This document shows, piece after piece, positions 10,476-19,980 of a stretch of 64,000 nucleotides of DNA. The position numbers and the translations under genes are program-made. The first letter of the stretch is position 1; every line of letters begins with the position of its first letter. A model generated the notes under the pieces. The model worked only from the letters and a program-made list of their open reading frames with translations. It was not told where the DNA came from and made no database searches. The stretch lies in sequence record OQ174503.1. One strand, given 5' to 3'. This DNA comes from Escherichia phage REP4.

Positions 10476-11440
10476 TGTATTCTTTAGAGGAATTTAATAA
10501 TCAAGCAATAAACGCAGATTTCCAACGTAATAATATGTTTAGCTGCGTTTTTGCGACAACTCCATCAACTAAAAGCTCTTCGTTGATAAGTTCAATTAGC
10601 AACTTTTCTTATAATAACTTGGGTCTAAATTCAGATTGGTTAGGATTGACTCAAGGCGATATTAATCAGGGAATTACCACGCTAATTACCGCTGGCACAC
10701 AAAAACTGATAAGAAAATCAGGGGTTAGTAAATATCTTATTGGTGCCATGAGTCAACGCACAGTTCAAAGTTTATTGGGCTCATTTACAGTTGGTACATA
10801 TTTAATTGACTTCTTTAATATGGCATATAACTCATCTGGATTGATGATATATTCCGTAAAAATGCCAGAGAATAGATTATCCTATGAAACTGACTGGAAC
10901 TATAATTCTCCCAATATTCGTATAACTGGGAGAGAATTAGACCCTTTGGTTATTTCATTTAGAATGGATTCAGAAGCTTGTAACTATCGTGCGATGCAAG
11001 ACTGGGTTAACGCTGTTCAAGACCCAGTAACTGGATTGCGTGCTTTGCCACAAGATGTCGAGGCAGATATTCAGGTTAATCTTCATGCTCGTAATGGATT
11101 ACCTCATACTGCGGTGATGTTTACTGGATGCATTCCAGTGTCAGTGAGCGCTCCTGAGTTATCATATGATGGAGATAACCAAATAACTACATTTGATGTT
11201 ACTTTTGCGTATAGAGTCATGCAGGCTGGGTCAGTTGATAGACAAGCTGCGCTTGAATGGCTTGAATCTGCTGCTATAAATGGCATTCAAAGCGTTCTCG
11301 GAAATAGTGGAGGTGTTACTGGACTATCTAATTCGCTTTCACGACTTAGTAGATTAGGAGGAACTGCGGGAAGCATTTCAAACATTAATACTATGACGGG
11401 AATTGTCAACTCGCAAAGTAAAATATTAGGAGCAATATAA
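10475..11440 (+). CDS. 54: gp54 baseplate tail-tube initiator
   Basis: 321 aa; T4 gp54-like. Confidence 0.9.
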   Translation: MYSLEEFNNQAINADFQRNNMFSCVFATTPSTKSSSLISSISNFSYNNLGLNSDWLGLTQGDINQGITTLITAGTQKLIRKSGVSKYLIGAMSQRTVQSLLGSFTVGTYLIDFFNMAYNSSGLMIYSVKMPENRLSYETDWNYNSPNIRITGRELDPLVISFRMDSEACNYRAMQDWVNAVQDPVTGLRALPQDVEADIQVNLHARNGLPHTAVMFTGCIPVSVSAPELSYDGDNQITTFDVTFAYRVMQAGSVDRQAALEWLESAAINGIQSVLGNSGGVTGLSNSLSRLSRLGGTAGSISNINTMTGIVNSQSKILGAI

Positions 11441-11444
11441 CAAT

Positions 11445-11462
11445 GGGGACCTTTCGGTCCCC
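11445..11462 (+). terminator. Intrinsic terminator hairpin ggggaccTTTCggtcccc after gene 54
   Basis: 7-bp GC-rich stem, tetraloop, followed by ATATTTTTATTT. Confidence 0.55.
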
Positions 11463-11468
11463 ATATTT

Positions 11469-11759
11469 TTATTTACGGAATGAAATAAAAGCAGCAACTG
11501 AAGCAACTAAACTGTCTTCAATATAAACTTCAATTTTTACCGGAGCTTCTGACTCAAATTTACCTGTTACTACACCTTGGAAAATACTTTCAGTCTGCTC
11601 TGGCTTTGAAAAATTTTCAGAAGGAAAAATTCCGAACTTTTTATCTGTTCCAAAAATTTTGATAAATTCATCGTAAACTGCTTCATTAAAAGCATTATCA
11701 GCAGGAATAACGCCTTCAACTACAAGTTCTTGACCTAAAAAGCGTAAAGAAGATTTCAT
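11469..11759 (-). CDS. Conserved hypothetical protein (96 aa) at the T4 alt.-3 position
   Basis: ORF with GAGG SD; first gene of its own early transcription unit. Confidence 0.6.
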   Translation of the reverse strand: MKSSLRFLGQELVVEGVIPADNAFNEAVYDEFIKIFGTDKKFGIFPSENFSKPEQTESIFQGVVTGKFESEAPVKIEVYIEDSLVASVAAFISFRK

Positions 11760-11790
11760 TTTGTGTTCCTCATGTTATGTAAGTAAAATT

Positions 11791-11820
11791 ATTATAACAC
11801 CACACGAGGGACTTGTAAAC
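11791..11820 (-). promoter_or_regulatory. T4-type early promoter (GTTTACA -35, TATAAT -10) for the 96-aa ORF
   Basis: rc on plus strand: ATTATA ...18 nt... TGTAAAC; the -35 overlaps the stop of the upstream alt paralog. Confidence 0.5.
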
Positions 11821-13877
11821 TACATTTTGAACTTTTTAGACATTCCGTTGATGTTAACCAAAGAAGCCAAGATTTGAGAAACTTCGTTTTCCTCTTCTTT
11901 TGATTCTTCTACAAGGAATTGATTAAATCCAGCCATTGGACGAACTTCACCAGTTTCCATCAGATGATCGCCATCATATACCGATTCTTCTAATTGTTCA
12001 GAAGGAGGAACGATTGTGCCTTCGATTAGATACTTGTTATAAGCAGTTTCTTTCATCATGTACGTACTCACTTTATTAATCTTCAGCAAAATTCCACGCG
12101 GTAGAATAACTTCAGCTTCTGATGGAAATCCTGATAAATGACCTGGAACGATAACTTTGATTCGCTCAGCTCCTTTAATTACCATACCCACGCTAGTTTC
12201 AGCATCTTCATTAGCATATGCAGAATGACTACCCATATGCATTAAATCTTCAGCATCAACTGAACCTTCTCCTTCACCAGAAAATACTGCACCGGAATCA
12301 TCTAGAGCCATATAGTTTTTACCATGCTCACCGAAGATATTTGGTTTAAGTGATGTGGATACGAAGTTCTTGAAATAGAACATTTTATTTTCAATATTAT
12401 GACGTAAAGTTTTAAAGGTAACTTCTTGTCCACGATAAAGCGTAGTTCCTGGAGGAAGAACTGAACCTTTGGCAAAGGCAGAATCCATTGTCTCGATGTG
12501 TTTAATAGCTCGTTCCATGTATTCTTCACGGGTAGAATCTGGTTTACCCAAGAGGAACGAGTTCATTTCAACATATGAATCTGCACAATAATCTTCAATT
12601 ACATCAGACTCAGCCTGAGTCAGTCCTTTTGGAGTTACTTCGGTGCTTGCGTATTCATATGCCTGAGCAGCAGATTCATTAATCAATTTATAAATGCCAT
12701 TCATGACAAATTGAATAATAGCTACCTTTTCATCTGGCGTGGCTTTAGAACCTTTAACTAAATCATTGACAATTTTCTTAATAACATCAAAGCTATTAGA
12801 AATATTAATGTCAGCAAGATCGCTTAAAATTTTATCGGTTTTATAATCAAAGAATTCTTTATTCTTTAAATATTCTTGAGAACCTTGATATGTTATATCG
12901 CTCTGCAGTCTGATAGACGGATCACGTAAACGTGCATGGGCCAATGCAATATGATTTCGGAAGCTTTCTAGTTCATAATCATTAGATTTAAAACGAGAAG
13001 CACTCCTCATACCACCGATAGCTCCTTTGCTGAAATTTGAACCAATCTGAATAACACCAGAGTTCATTGGTCCTTCTGCTTTATATACCGGAACTTTAGA
13101 TTCAAACTCTTGATATTTCTTAGCGGCGAAGCTATCACCCTGAAGTGAAGCATCGACAGTAGAATATTGAGCTTGTGCTGCTAATCGACGACTAATTTTA
13201 GTTTTCTGAATAACAGCTTGATCCGTGCGCTTATCATTTTCTAGAGCAATAGAAGCGGCAACAGCAACAGCTTTAGGAACAGCATTACCTGTTTTAACGT
13301 CTACATAAACATCACCAACCTTTGATTCAACTTTTGTGAATAACTCAGTTGAAATAGGAGGTACACCTGGAATGTCTTCTAAATTGGCACTTTTACGGTA
13401 AACCATAATATATGCGTACTTTTTATCGTAATCCCAGATTTCCTTTAAAAGAACATATCGACCCGCTCCTTTAGTACGTACTAAACGGTCGGCAATAACT
13501 TGCATTTGACGAGCTGCACCGTTTGTTTTACTCTTTAGTACGCGGAATAAGCATGCGTCAATTTTGTACTGTTTCATTGTCTGAAGAGCAGTATCAAAAA
13601 CCGCATTAATGACACCAATTGGATTTCCACCCAAGTTTTTAAGTTTAACGAGCGATAGTTTCTCATTGACACCTATCATTACGATATGCATCATTTTATC
13701 GCCTGGCTTAACGTTTTTATTTGTATCACCGCCAGAGGTGTATGTACAAAATCTAAATCCAGGAAGCACACTTTCTTCGCCGGCTTGAATAGAAAAAATT
13801 TGAGGTATTTTATGCTTAGGATTTAAGTTAACAACCGGCGCCGAAGCGCCGTCAAATAATTCTGTAATAAGTTCCAT
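11820..13877 (-). CDS. Alt-like ADP-ribosyltransferase paralog (685 aa)
   Basis: N-terminus MELITELFD... shared with Alt; ART motifs YRGQ / FVSTSL / EAEVILPRG; central region unrelated to upstream Alt. Confidence 0.85.
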   Translation of the reverse strand: MELITELFDGASAPVVNLNPKHKIPQIFSIQAGEESVLPGFRFCTYTSGGDTNKNVKPGDKMMHIVMIGVNEKLSLVKLKNLGGNPIGVINAVFDTALQTMKQYKIDACLFRVLKSKTNGAARQMQVIADRLVRTKGAGRYVLLKEIWDYDKKYAYIMVYRKSANLEDIPGVPPISTELFTKVESKVGDVYVDVKTGNAVPKAVAVAASIALENDKRTDQAVIQKTKISRRLAAQAQYSTVDASLQGDSFAAKKYQEFESKVPVYKAEGPMNSGVIQIGSNFSKGAIGGMRSASRFKSNDYELESFRNHIALAHARLRDPSIRLQSDITYQGSQEYLKNKEFFDYKTDKILSDLADINISNSFDVIKKIVNDLVKGSKATPDEKVAIIQFVMNGIYKLINESAAQAYEYASTEVTPKGLTQAESDVIEDYCADSYVEMNSFLLGKPDSTREEYMERAIKHIETMDSAFAKGSVLPPGTTLYRGQEVTFKTLRHNIENKMFYFKNFVSTSLKPNIFGEHGKNYMALDDSGAVFSGEGEGSVDAEDLMHMGSHSAYANEDAETSVGMVIKGAERIKVIVPGHLSGFPSEAEVILPRGILLKINKVSTYMMKETAYNKYLIEGTIVPPSEQLEESVYDGDHLMETGEVRPMAGFNQFLVEESKEEENEVSQILASLVNINGMSKKFKM

Positions 13878-13880
13878 GAT

Positions 13881-15974
13881 TTATCCTTGAACGAACTTGT
13901 AAGGCATGTTTGCAATATCTATGCAAGATGCAATAATTCCAAGAGATGATTCTACTTTTTGTTTAACATTTGATGAAACAAATGATGCAAAGTCAACTCT
14001 GTCTTCTATTTCAATATCACCTGTCATTGCAACTACTTCACCAGTTTCCATTAGACGGTCACCGTCATAAATTACTGATTCGGTGAGTTCTTCCGTAGTC
14101 ATAACTTCAGCTTGAATGAGTTTTGTATTATTAGATGTTGTTCCGTCATTATTAGAAGCATCAGTTATTTTATTAACTTTGACCATCAATCCGCGTGGTA
14201 GAATTACTTCAGCTTCTGTTGCTATTCCTAGACTTCCTGGATATACAACATTAACTTTATGAGCTCCATCAATTGCCCATCCTATTTGAACTTTAACGTA
14301 TTCAGGATTTTCTTTATACGCTCTTATTTCGTTTGGATTAATAGTTATTCCTTCTTCATTTTTATCAACTGTCAATTCATTACGAGCTTCTGGTTCTAAA
14401 AGACCAATACCAGCATGTGTAATTCCAAAACGTCCAAAAATGATAGGAGTTAAAGAAGTAGATACAAAATTTCTGAAATAGAACACTTTATTTTTAACTA
14501 GTGCTTCGTATATAGGAGCAGTCATGCTTTGAGCACGATAAACTGTAATGCCTTCTGGTATACGATCACCATTTTCAAAAGCTGAATCTAAGTTATTTAT
14601 AGCAGATTCAATTTCTTTTTCACTCATTACATCATATCGTTCTGGATTGTAACGACCCAAAAGAAGATTATTGATGTCAGTATATCCTGAACCACAATAC
14701 TCTCTAATGCCGCGCTTTTGTGATGGAGTATATTTAGAACCATCACGGGCAATAGTAATATCAATCATTGGACCTGCACCAATTCCAGAAAAGCTATAAA
14801 TCATTCTTTTAAGGAATTTAGTTTTTGCTGCGTTCCAGGAATTTTTAGTTATTTCTTCCCAGACTTCATCTGGCTGCCCTTTACGAGTTTTATTATGTTT
14901 ATCAAGCCAATTATCTTTATATTCTTCAAAGAATTGATTAACAGCTGCTGCGTATTTCTCTAAACATTTTATTGAAGTAGTTGGTTCATTTTTAATCGCA
15001 TTAAGAATTACATCTTTAATTTTTTCAGAAACTTCATTAACCTCACTTTTTGAAAAGAATTTATAATCATAGTGAAGTTCATCTGCAGTTCCTTCGGCAA
15101 TGATTTTTGCTGCCTTAGTTTTAGAAGCTAATGAATTAATTCCAAGTTTCATTTCTTCCGCTTCGGGAATTAAAGGAGCGGTAGCAGGTTTATTGAAATT
15201 AGCTGCGGTAGATTCATACTTCTGGAATAATTCGCTTTCAAATCTAGAAGATTCTAATGATTGACTTTGTGCAATTGCTCTACGGGAAATTTTAACTTTA
15301 ACGATTACAGCTTGGTCAGAACGTTTATCATTTTCTTGCGCAATAGATGCCGCAATTGCCTCATTTTTAGTTACTTGAGCTCCAGTATCTTTATTAATAT
15401 AAACATCGCCGACTTTCGATTCAACTTTAGTAAAGAGCTCGGTACTAATTTCCGGAACTCCTGGAATGTCTTCTAGTGATACATTTTTGCGATGTATAAG
15501 AATATATGCATACTTTTTATCATAATCCCAGAGTTCCTTAAGAAGGACGTATCTGCCACCTGAACGACTACGGATAAGTCTATCAGCAATAACTTGAATT
15601 TGTCGAGCTTGACCGGCAGTTTTAGACTTAAGAATACGAAGCATGCAGGCATCAATTTTATACTGACGCATTGTTTGCATTGCAACAGTAAAAACTGAAT
15701 TGATGTAATTAATTGGGCTTGGACCGAGACCTTTTAATTTAGCAATTGAACCTTTAGCAGTTAATGTAAAAGGAACAATATGCATCATTTTATCGCCCAT
15801 TTTTAAATCGCGATTAGTATCACCTCCAGATGTATAGGTACATAAACGAAAGCCTGGTTGTTCAATTGCATCATCAACGTGAACTGAAAAAATTTGCGGT
15901 ATTTTCTTCTTTGGATTTAAGTTTGTAATCGGAAGAGTAGTATCTTCGTCAAATAATTCTGTAATGAGTTCCAT
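13881..15974 (-). CDS. alt: Alt ADP-ribosyltransferase (virion-packaged, injected; 697 aa from second ATG)
   Basis: MELITELFDEDTTLPITNLNPKK...; ART motifs YRAQ / FVSTSL / EAEVILPRG; GAGG SD favours ATG at 15974 over 15977. Confidence 0.9.
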   Translation of the reverse strand: MELITELFDEDTTLPITNLNPKKKIPQIFSVHVDDAIEQPGFRLCTYTSGGDTNRDLKMGDKMMHIVPFTLTAKGSIAKLKGLGPSPINYINSVFTVAMQTMRQYKIDACMLRILKSKTAGQARQIQVIADRLIRSRSGGRYVLLKELWDYDKKYAYILIHRKNVSLEDIPGVPEISTELFTKVESKVGDVYINKDTGAQVTKNEAIAASIAQENDKRSDQAVIVKVKISRRAIAQSQSLESSRFESELFQKYESTAANFNKPATAPLIPEAEEMKLGINSLASKTKAAKIIAEGTADELHYDYKFFSKSEVNEVSEKIKDVILNAIKNEPTTSIKCLEKYAAAVNQFFEEYKDNWLDKHNKTRKGQPDEVWEEITKNSWNAAKTKFLKRMIYSFSGIGAGPMIDITIARDGSKYTPSQKRGIREYCGSGYTDINNLLLGRYNPERYDVMSEKEIESAINNLDSAFENGDRIPEGITVYRAQSMTAPIYEALVKNKVFYFRNFVSTSLTPIIFGRFGITHAGIGLLEPEARNELTVDKNEEGITINPNEIRAYKENPEYVKVQIGWAIDGAHKVNVVYPGSLGIATEAEVILPRGLMVKVNKITDASNNDGTTSNNTKLIQAEVMTTEELTESVIYDGDRLMETGEVVAMTGDIEIEDRVDFASFVSSNVKQKVESSLGIIASCIDIANMPYKFVQG

Positions 15975-15997
15975 CATATCCTCTCTAGTGTTTATTC

Positions 15998-16005
15998 TAT
16001 TTATA
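15998..16005 (-). promoter_or_regulatory. Late promoter (TATAAATA on minus strand) upstream of alt
   Basis: Plus-strand TATTTATA about 25 nt upstream of alt ATG. Confidence 0.5.
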
Positions 16006-16026
16006 AAATTAAAGGCCCGAAGGCCT

Positions 16027-16215
16027 TTAATAATCTAATGGTAAGAGAGTACGATATATTTCAAACTTCGGACCTTTTTCATAGGCATCAAATGTTTCTG
16101 TAAATTTATTATAAGCATATGCATCTACAAATTCGAGAATGACTTGTGATACAGAAGTAGAAACATCTCCACCTTCTTTTTGAGCCACGACAATTGTTTC
16201 TAAGTAAGCTTTCAT
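16027..16215 (-). CDS. Hypothetical small protein (62 aa) between ligase and alt
   Basis: Track ORF; stop followed by GAAG-type hairpin; 4-nt overlap with gene 30. Confidence 0.5.
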   Translation of the reverse strand: MKAYLETIVVAQKEGGDVSTSVSQVILEFVDAYAYNKFTETFDAYEKGPKFEIYRTLLPLDY

Positions 16216-17675
16216 AGACCAGTTACCTCATGAAAATCACCAAATACATCTTCGAATGTATTAGCTTTAGTTTTATCTTCACGTAAACGAATCGCAATCG
16301 GAAGAAATAATTTAACGTAATCAGTGCGGCCATCAGATTTTAACCAACCGTTGCATTCGCACTCTAGAATTTTTCCAATATAATAATTTTGGTTTTCCAT
16401 AATGCGAGTACGGTCAAGTTCATGCGATTTTACACCGGCTTTATCTTTTAAGCCTGAACCAGCATTTACTTTAATTTTTCCACATTCTGATTCAAGAATA
16501 AATCCACCAGCTTTAGTAGGGTCTTTACGGTGAGGATAAATTCCTACAATTTTTAAATCAACATCAATTACTTCTTTAAATTTATAAAGATTTTTTGAAC
16601 GAGCATTTTCCCATAATCCATCGATATTTTTGAGAATAATACCTTCAAGACCTTGGTCAATATACTTTTTATAAATTACCTTAGCTTCATCTAGGTTATT
16701 TACTACCTGGTTTTCAATTAAAATTACTTTATCATATCCTGATGTCATTTGTTCTAGTTTAGAAAAACGTACATCATATTTTAAACGAAACGCTGGAAGA
16801 CCGTATATTTCTACCAACGGGACATAATCCCAGACCTGAAACTTCATGCATTGAGCTTCTTTTTCAGAAATGGTTCCTTTTAAGGATTTATTGGCGATTC
16901 CATTAGAAGCAGTACGAGATTCCGCTACTTCGGCGAATTCTTTAGCTTTACTAATTTCAGGATAAGCATCAAAAAGAAAATCTAGGCCTTCTGGTTCCTT
17001 TTTAACTTGCTCATGGTATACCAATTCGCCATCAATTAACACACCTTCTGGATGAATCTGGCGGGCTTCAGCAGTCATTTTGATTAATTCTTCCTTAAGA
17101 AGATCTAATCCTAGATATTCATTACCAGCTCGTGATAAAAGACGAACATCATCTAATTCATCGCCTCGGACTTCAGCAAAACACCGGGCTCCATCTGCTT
17201 TTAACTGTGCAAAGGCTGGAAATTTGATATTCTTACTAATGCCCTTTTCATCATAAGAACTTGCCAGCATTTGAGGTTGTTCAGGAATTAAACCTGGCCA
17301 AACTTTATTTGCAATAGATACTGAAGCACCGCATTCAAGGTCTCGCATCATAACTCGACGCAAAACTTCAACATCATCCTTTTTACCATCAGTGATATAT
17401 CCAGTTAATTCCTCAATTGCAGCATTTCCAGTCAATTTCCGAGTAGCTAACGTGAATTCAATGAAGTCAAGCATATCGGTAATAGTCAGCATTCCAAAAC
17501 TCTGGGTAGCAATACCAGGTTTAGGCCATTTCTTGATATAATACTGTAACCCACGAGAATAAGTCAGACGATATACTCGTTTAAGCAATTCATTATCTTT
17601 ATTCTTTTCAAGAATTGCTTGCTTCTGCTTAGTTGATCCAATAGATGCTATTTCATTCAGAATTTTAAGAATCAT
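16212..17675 (-). CDS. 30: gp30 ATP-dependent DNA ligase
   Basis: 487 aa; adenylation motif KADGARC; length and sequence as T4 DNA ligase. Confidence 0.97.
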   Translation of the reverse strand: MILKILNEIASIGSTKQKQAILEKNKDNELLKRVYRLTYSRGLQYYIKKWPKPGIATQSFGMLTITDMLDFIEFTLATRKLTGNAAIEELTGYITDGKKDDVEVLRRVMMRDLECGASVSIANKVWPGLIPEQPQMLASSYDEKGISKNIKFPAFAQLKADGARCFAEVRGDELDDVRLLSRAGNEYLGLDLLKEELIKMTAEARQIHPEGVLIDGELVYHEQVKKEPEGLDFLFDAYPEISKAKEFAEVAESRTASNGIANKSLKGTISEKEAQCMKFQVWDYVPLVEIYGLPAFRLKYDVRFSKLEQMTSGYDKVILIENQVVNNLDEAKVIYKKYIDQGLEGIILKNIDGLWENARSKNLYKFKEVIDVDLKIVGIYPHRKDPTKAGGFILESECGKIKVNAGSGLKDKAGVKSHELDRTRIMENQNYYIGKILECECNGWLKSDGRTDYVKLFLPIAIRLREDKTKANTFEDVFGDFHEVTGL

Positions 17676-17941
17676 TGTTCATCCTTCAGAGTTTGATTTA
17701 CAGCTCTATTATAAATCAATTCATCATTAAGCTCAGTTAAAGACCTATGATATGTAGTTCTAACTTTATTTCCTTGCATCCAGTGCTTGATATAAATGAA
17801 ACCTTGCTCTACACATTTTTTAAAAATTCGTTCGTCTTTTTGAGCTCGGAATTCTGGATTGCATCTAAAGAATTGATTTACGTGACCGTAATCACGTGTA
17901 GTATTACCTTCATTTTCATAAATAGTGTGAACGACAAACAT
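17672..17941 (-). CDS. Conserved hypothetical protein of the gene 30.x cluster (89 aa)
   Basis: Track ORF, overlapping stop/start with neighbours. Confidence 0.6.
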   Translation of the reverse strand: MFVVHTIYENEGNTTRDYGHVNQFFRCNPEFRAQKDERIFKKCVEQGFIYIKHWMQGNKVRTTYHRSLTELNDELIYNRAVNQTLKDEQ

Positions 17942-18804
17942 TAGAATGCTCCTTGGAAAATATTATCACCACTAGTAAATCTATTAAAATACCCTGCATC
18001 ACCAGGCTTAGTATAACTCCACGTATGGAATGGATTCATATGATACGGGTGTGTATAATATGGATTATATGGATGTGTATAATATGGATTATACGGATTA
18101 AATCCAGGAGTTCTCCAGGTAGTGTTCCAACGAAAAGAATCGTTTTTAACCATCTTCTCAATTACATCTTTTATAGCTTTTTCACTATCAAAACTTTCTT
18201 TATTTTCCTTCGGCGAAAAAAGCTTATTTTCTACATCATTCCATGTATAAACTCGCTGCGCAGTTTTTGGAATATTGTCACGCTCTCCTCGAGCCATCCA
18301 ATAAACAGGAACATTTAATATTTCACTCGCATGATCGCAGTGGTGAGCAAGATCGTCAATATAACAAATTACGTTATATTTCTCTTTTGCCTTTTTGAAT
18401 AACTCTTCTTTTGAAGAATCATGACCACACATCATTACTTCTGAGAAGGCACCAGGAAAAAGAGCATTCAAATTAAATTGACGATTCAACAGAGCGTCAA
18501 TAGAATCACCCAATGCTGTAACAGCTACAAAATTATAATCTTCTTTTAATTTGTTAATTACACACAGGGCATCTTTATACGGAGACAAGTAACGAATAAA
18601 ATCTGAACGATTGTATTTTTCAATTAACTTGACACCAAGTTCTTCATCACAATTAAAGAGTTTACCTGGAGAAATAAATTTCTCATCTTGGATCATTTTT
18701 AAAATATGTTCTAACGGAAGATTATATTTCTGAGCAAAATAAGGAAGGCCTGATTGCCAGCTTAAACATACTCCATCAATATCAGTTAAAATAGTAGGCT
18801 TCAT
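17941..18804 (-). CDS. HAD-superfamily phosphatase-like protein with C-terminal Tyr/Pro-rich tandem repeat (287 aa)
   Basis: N-terminal ILTDIDGV (DxDGV motif I), later YIDDLAHH (DD motif); C-terminal NPYNPYYTHPYNPYYTHPY. Confidence 0.65.
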   Translation of the reverse strand: MKPTILTDIDGVCLSWQSGLPYFAQKYNLPLEHILKMIQDEKFISPGKLFNCDEELGVKLIEKYNRSDFIRYLSPYKDALCVINKLKEDYNFVAVTALGDSIDALLNRQFNLNALFPGAFSEVMMCGHDSSKEELFKKAKEKYNVICYIDDLAHHCDHASEILNVPVYWMARGERDNIPKTAQRVYTWNDVENKLFSPKENKESFDSEKAIKDVIEKMVKNDSFRWNTTWRTPGFNPYNPYYTHPYNPYYTHPYHMNPFHTWSYTKPGDAGYFNRFTSGDNIFQGAF

Positions 18805-19265
18805 AGAGAGTCTCTTAATAGGTTTAACACATCAATAAATTCAGCTTCGGTTAGTATTGTATCATCTTTTGTTAGACCACTAGCCATGCTGTGCTTCAAA
18901 ACTTTTCCTTTCGAGGCTTGTAATGCATCACGAAAGCCCTTGTTTTGGATTGCTGCTTCAAAATATGCATTTGTGTATAATTCTTTCCATGCTGGAGAGT
19001 ATCTTGAAAATGGAACTCCAAGCCAGAACAACGTGCCACGGTCCTGAGCTCTAGCATAAGACCTTCCAGCTTGTTGGGCGGCAAGCCCGGATAACCCAAA
19101 TATACGTCTTTGCTGTTCAACATTTTTCACCTTACATCCTTGGAGGAATCCTTCGAGACCTCCAAATTGGATACTATCCATAACAAAAGGCCATTGGGCG
19201 AAATTACTTAATGCACATGATGGCCATCTAAAATTGCTTCTAATCTCTAGTTCAGACATTTTCAA
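18801..19265 (-). CDS. Conserved hypothetical protein (154 aa), possibly YbiA/NADAR-like
   Basis: Track ORF; weak resemblance SNFAQWPF...FLQGCK to the YbiA motif. Confidence 0.6.
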   Translation of the reverse strand: MKMSELEIRSNFRWPSCALSNFAQWPFVMDSIQFGGLEGFLQGCKVKNVEQQRRIFGLSGLAAQQAGRSYARAQDRGTLFWLGVPFSRYSPAWKELYTNAYFEAAIQNKGFRDALQASKGKVLKHSMASGLTKDDTILTEAEFIDVLNLLRDSL

Positions 19266-19458
19266 TACTTATAATTTCAACATCAGCCCAATGACCATAG
19301 CAAGGAAGACGAAATTCAACTGGCCAATTAGGGTCCTTTTCTAATATAATAGACTTAACTTGTGGTTCTTCATGTTCATCGGTATACGGACCTTTATATG
19401 TTACTTTATATGTGACCTTAATGTACTGAATTCCAAAAATCTTATTAATTATATTCAT
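19252..19458 (-). CDS. Hypothetical protein (68 aa)
   Basis: Track ORF in tightly packed operon. Confidence 0.55.
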   Translation of the reverse strand: MNIINKIFGIQYIKVTYKVTYKGPYTDEHEEPQVKSIILEKDPNWPVEFRLPCYGHWADVEIISIENV

Positions 19459-19652
19459 ACTAATTCCTTTAATCCATAGATAGGAGATAATTCATCACCC
19501 ATACGAAGGTCTTCATTTCCATCTACCCAGGAAACAATATAAGCCTCTTTTATTTGAATACCACTCCATTTAAATGGAGGTAGAACCTTAGAAATTAATC
19601 CAGGTATACCAACTCCCTTTAATTCAACAGTTTGACCCAAAAAGAATTTCAT
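19455..19652 (-). CDS. Hypothetical protein (65 aa)
   Basis: Track ORF, ATGA overlap. Confidence 0.55.
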   Translation of the reverse strand: MKFFLGQTVELKGVGIPGLISKVLPPFKWSGIQIKEAYIVSWVDGNEDLRMGDELSPIYGLKELV

Positions 19653-19939
19653 TAGAACCTCATCTGAAAACCGTGCGATTTAACATTACCGCCGCCAATG
19701 TCAGAAATGTTAATTTCACGCGCAATTGAAGGGTCAATGTCAATTTCACGATTGAGTTTAGTGATAGCTAAAGTATCACGCCCATTTACAGTACGGAACT
19801 CTAAAGAGCAGACTACATTAACGTAGTTTTTAATTGATTCACTGGTAGGTTGCAAATGAGCAGGAAGGTCTTTAGGCGCCTTAGAGAAAACTACTTCACA
19901 GAAGTTTTTACGGGTATCAAAATAAGTAGTCATAAACAT
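19652..19939 (-). CDS. Hypothetical protein (95 aa)
   Basis: Track ORF; GAGG SD. Confidence 0.6.
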   Translation of the reverse strand: MFMTTYFDTRKNFCEVVFSKAPKDLPAHLQPTSESIKNYVNVVCSLEFRTVNGRDTLAITKLNREIDIDPSIAREINISDIGGGNVKSHGFQMRF

Positions 19940-19980
19940 AGTATTTTCCTCAGTAAGGGGCCGAAGCCCCTCATTTTATT

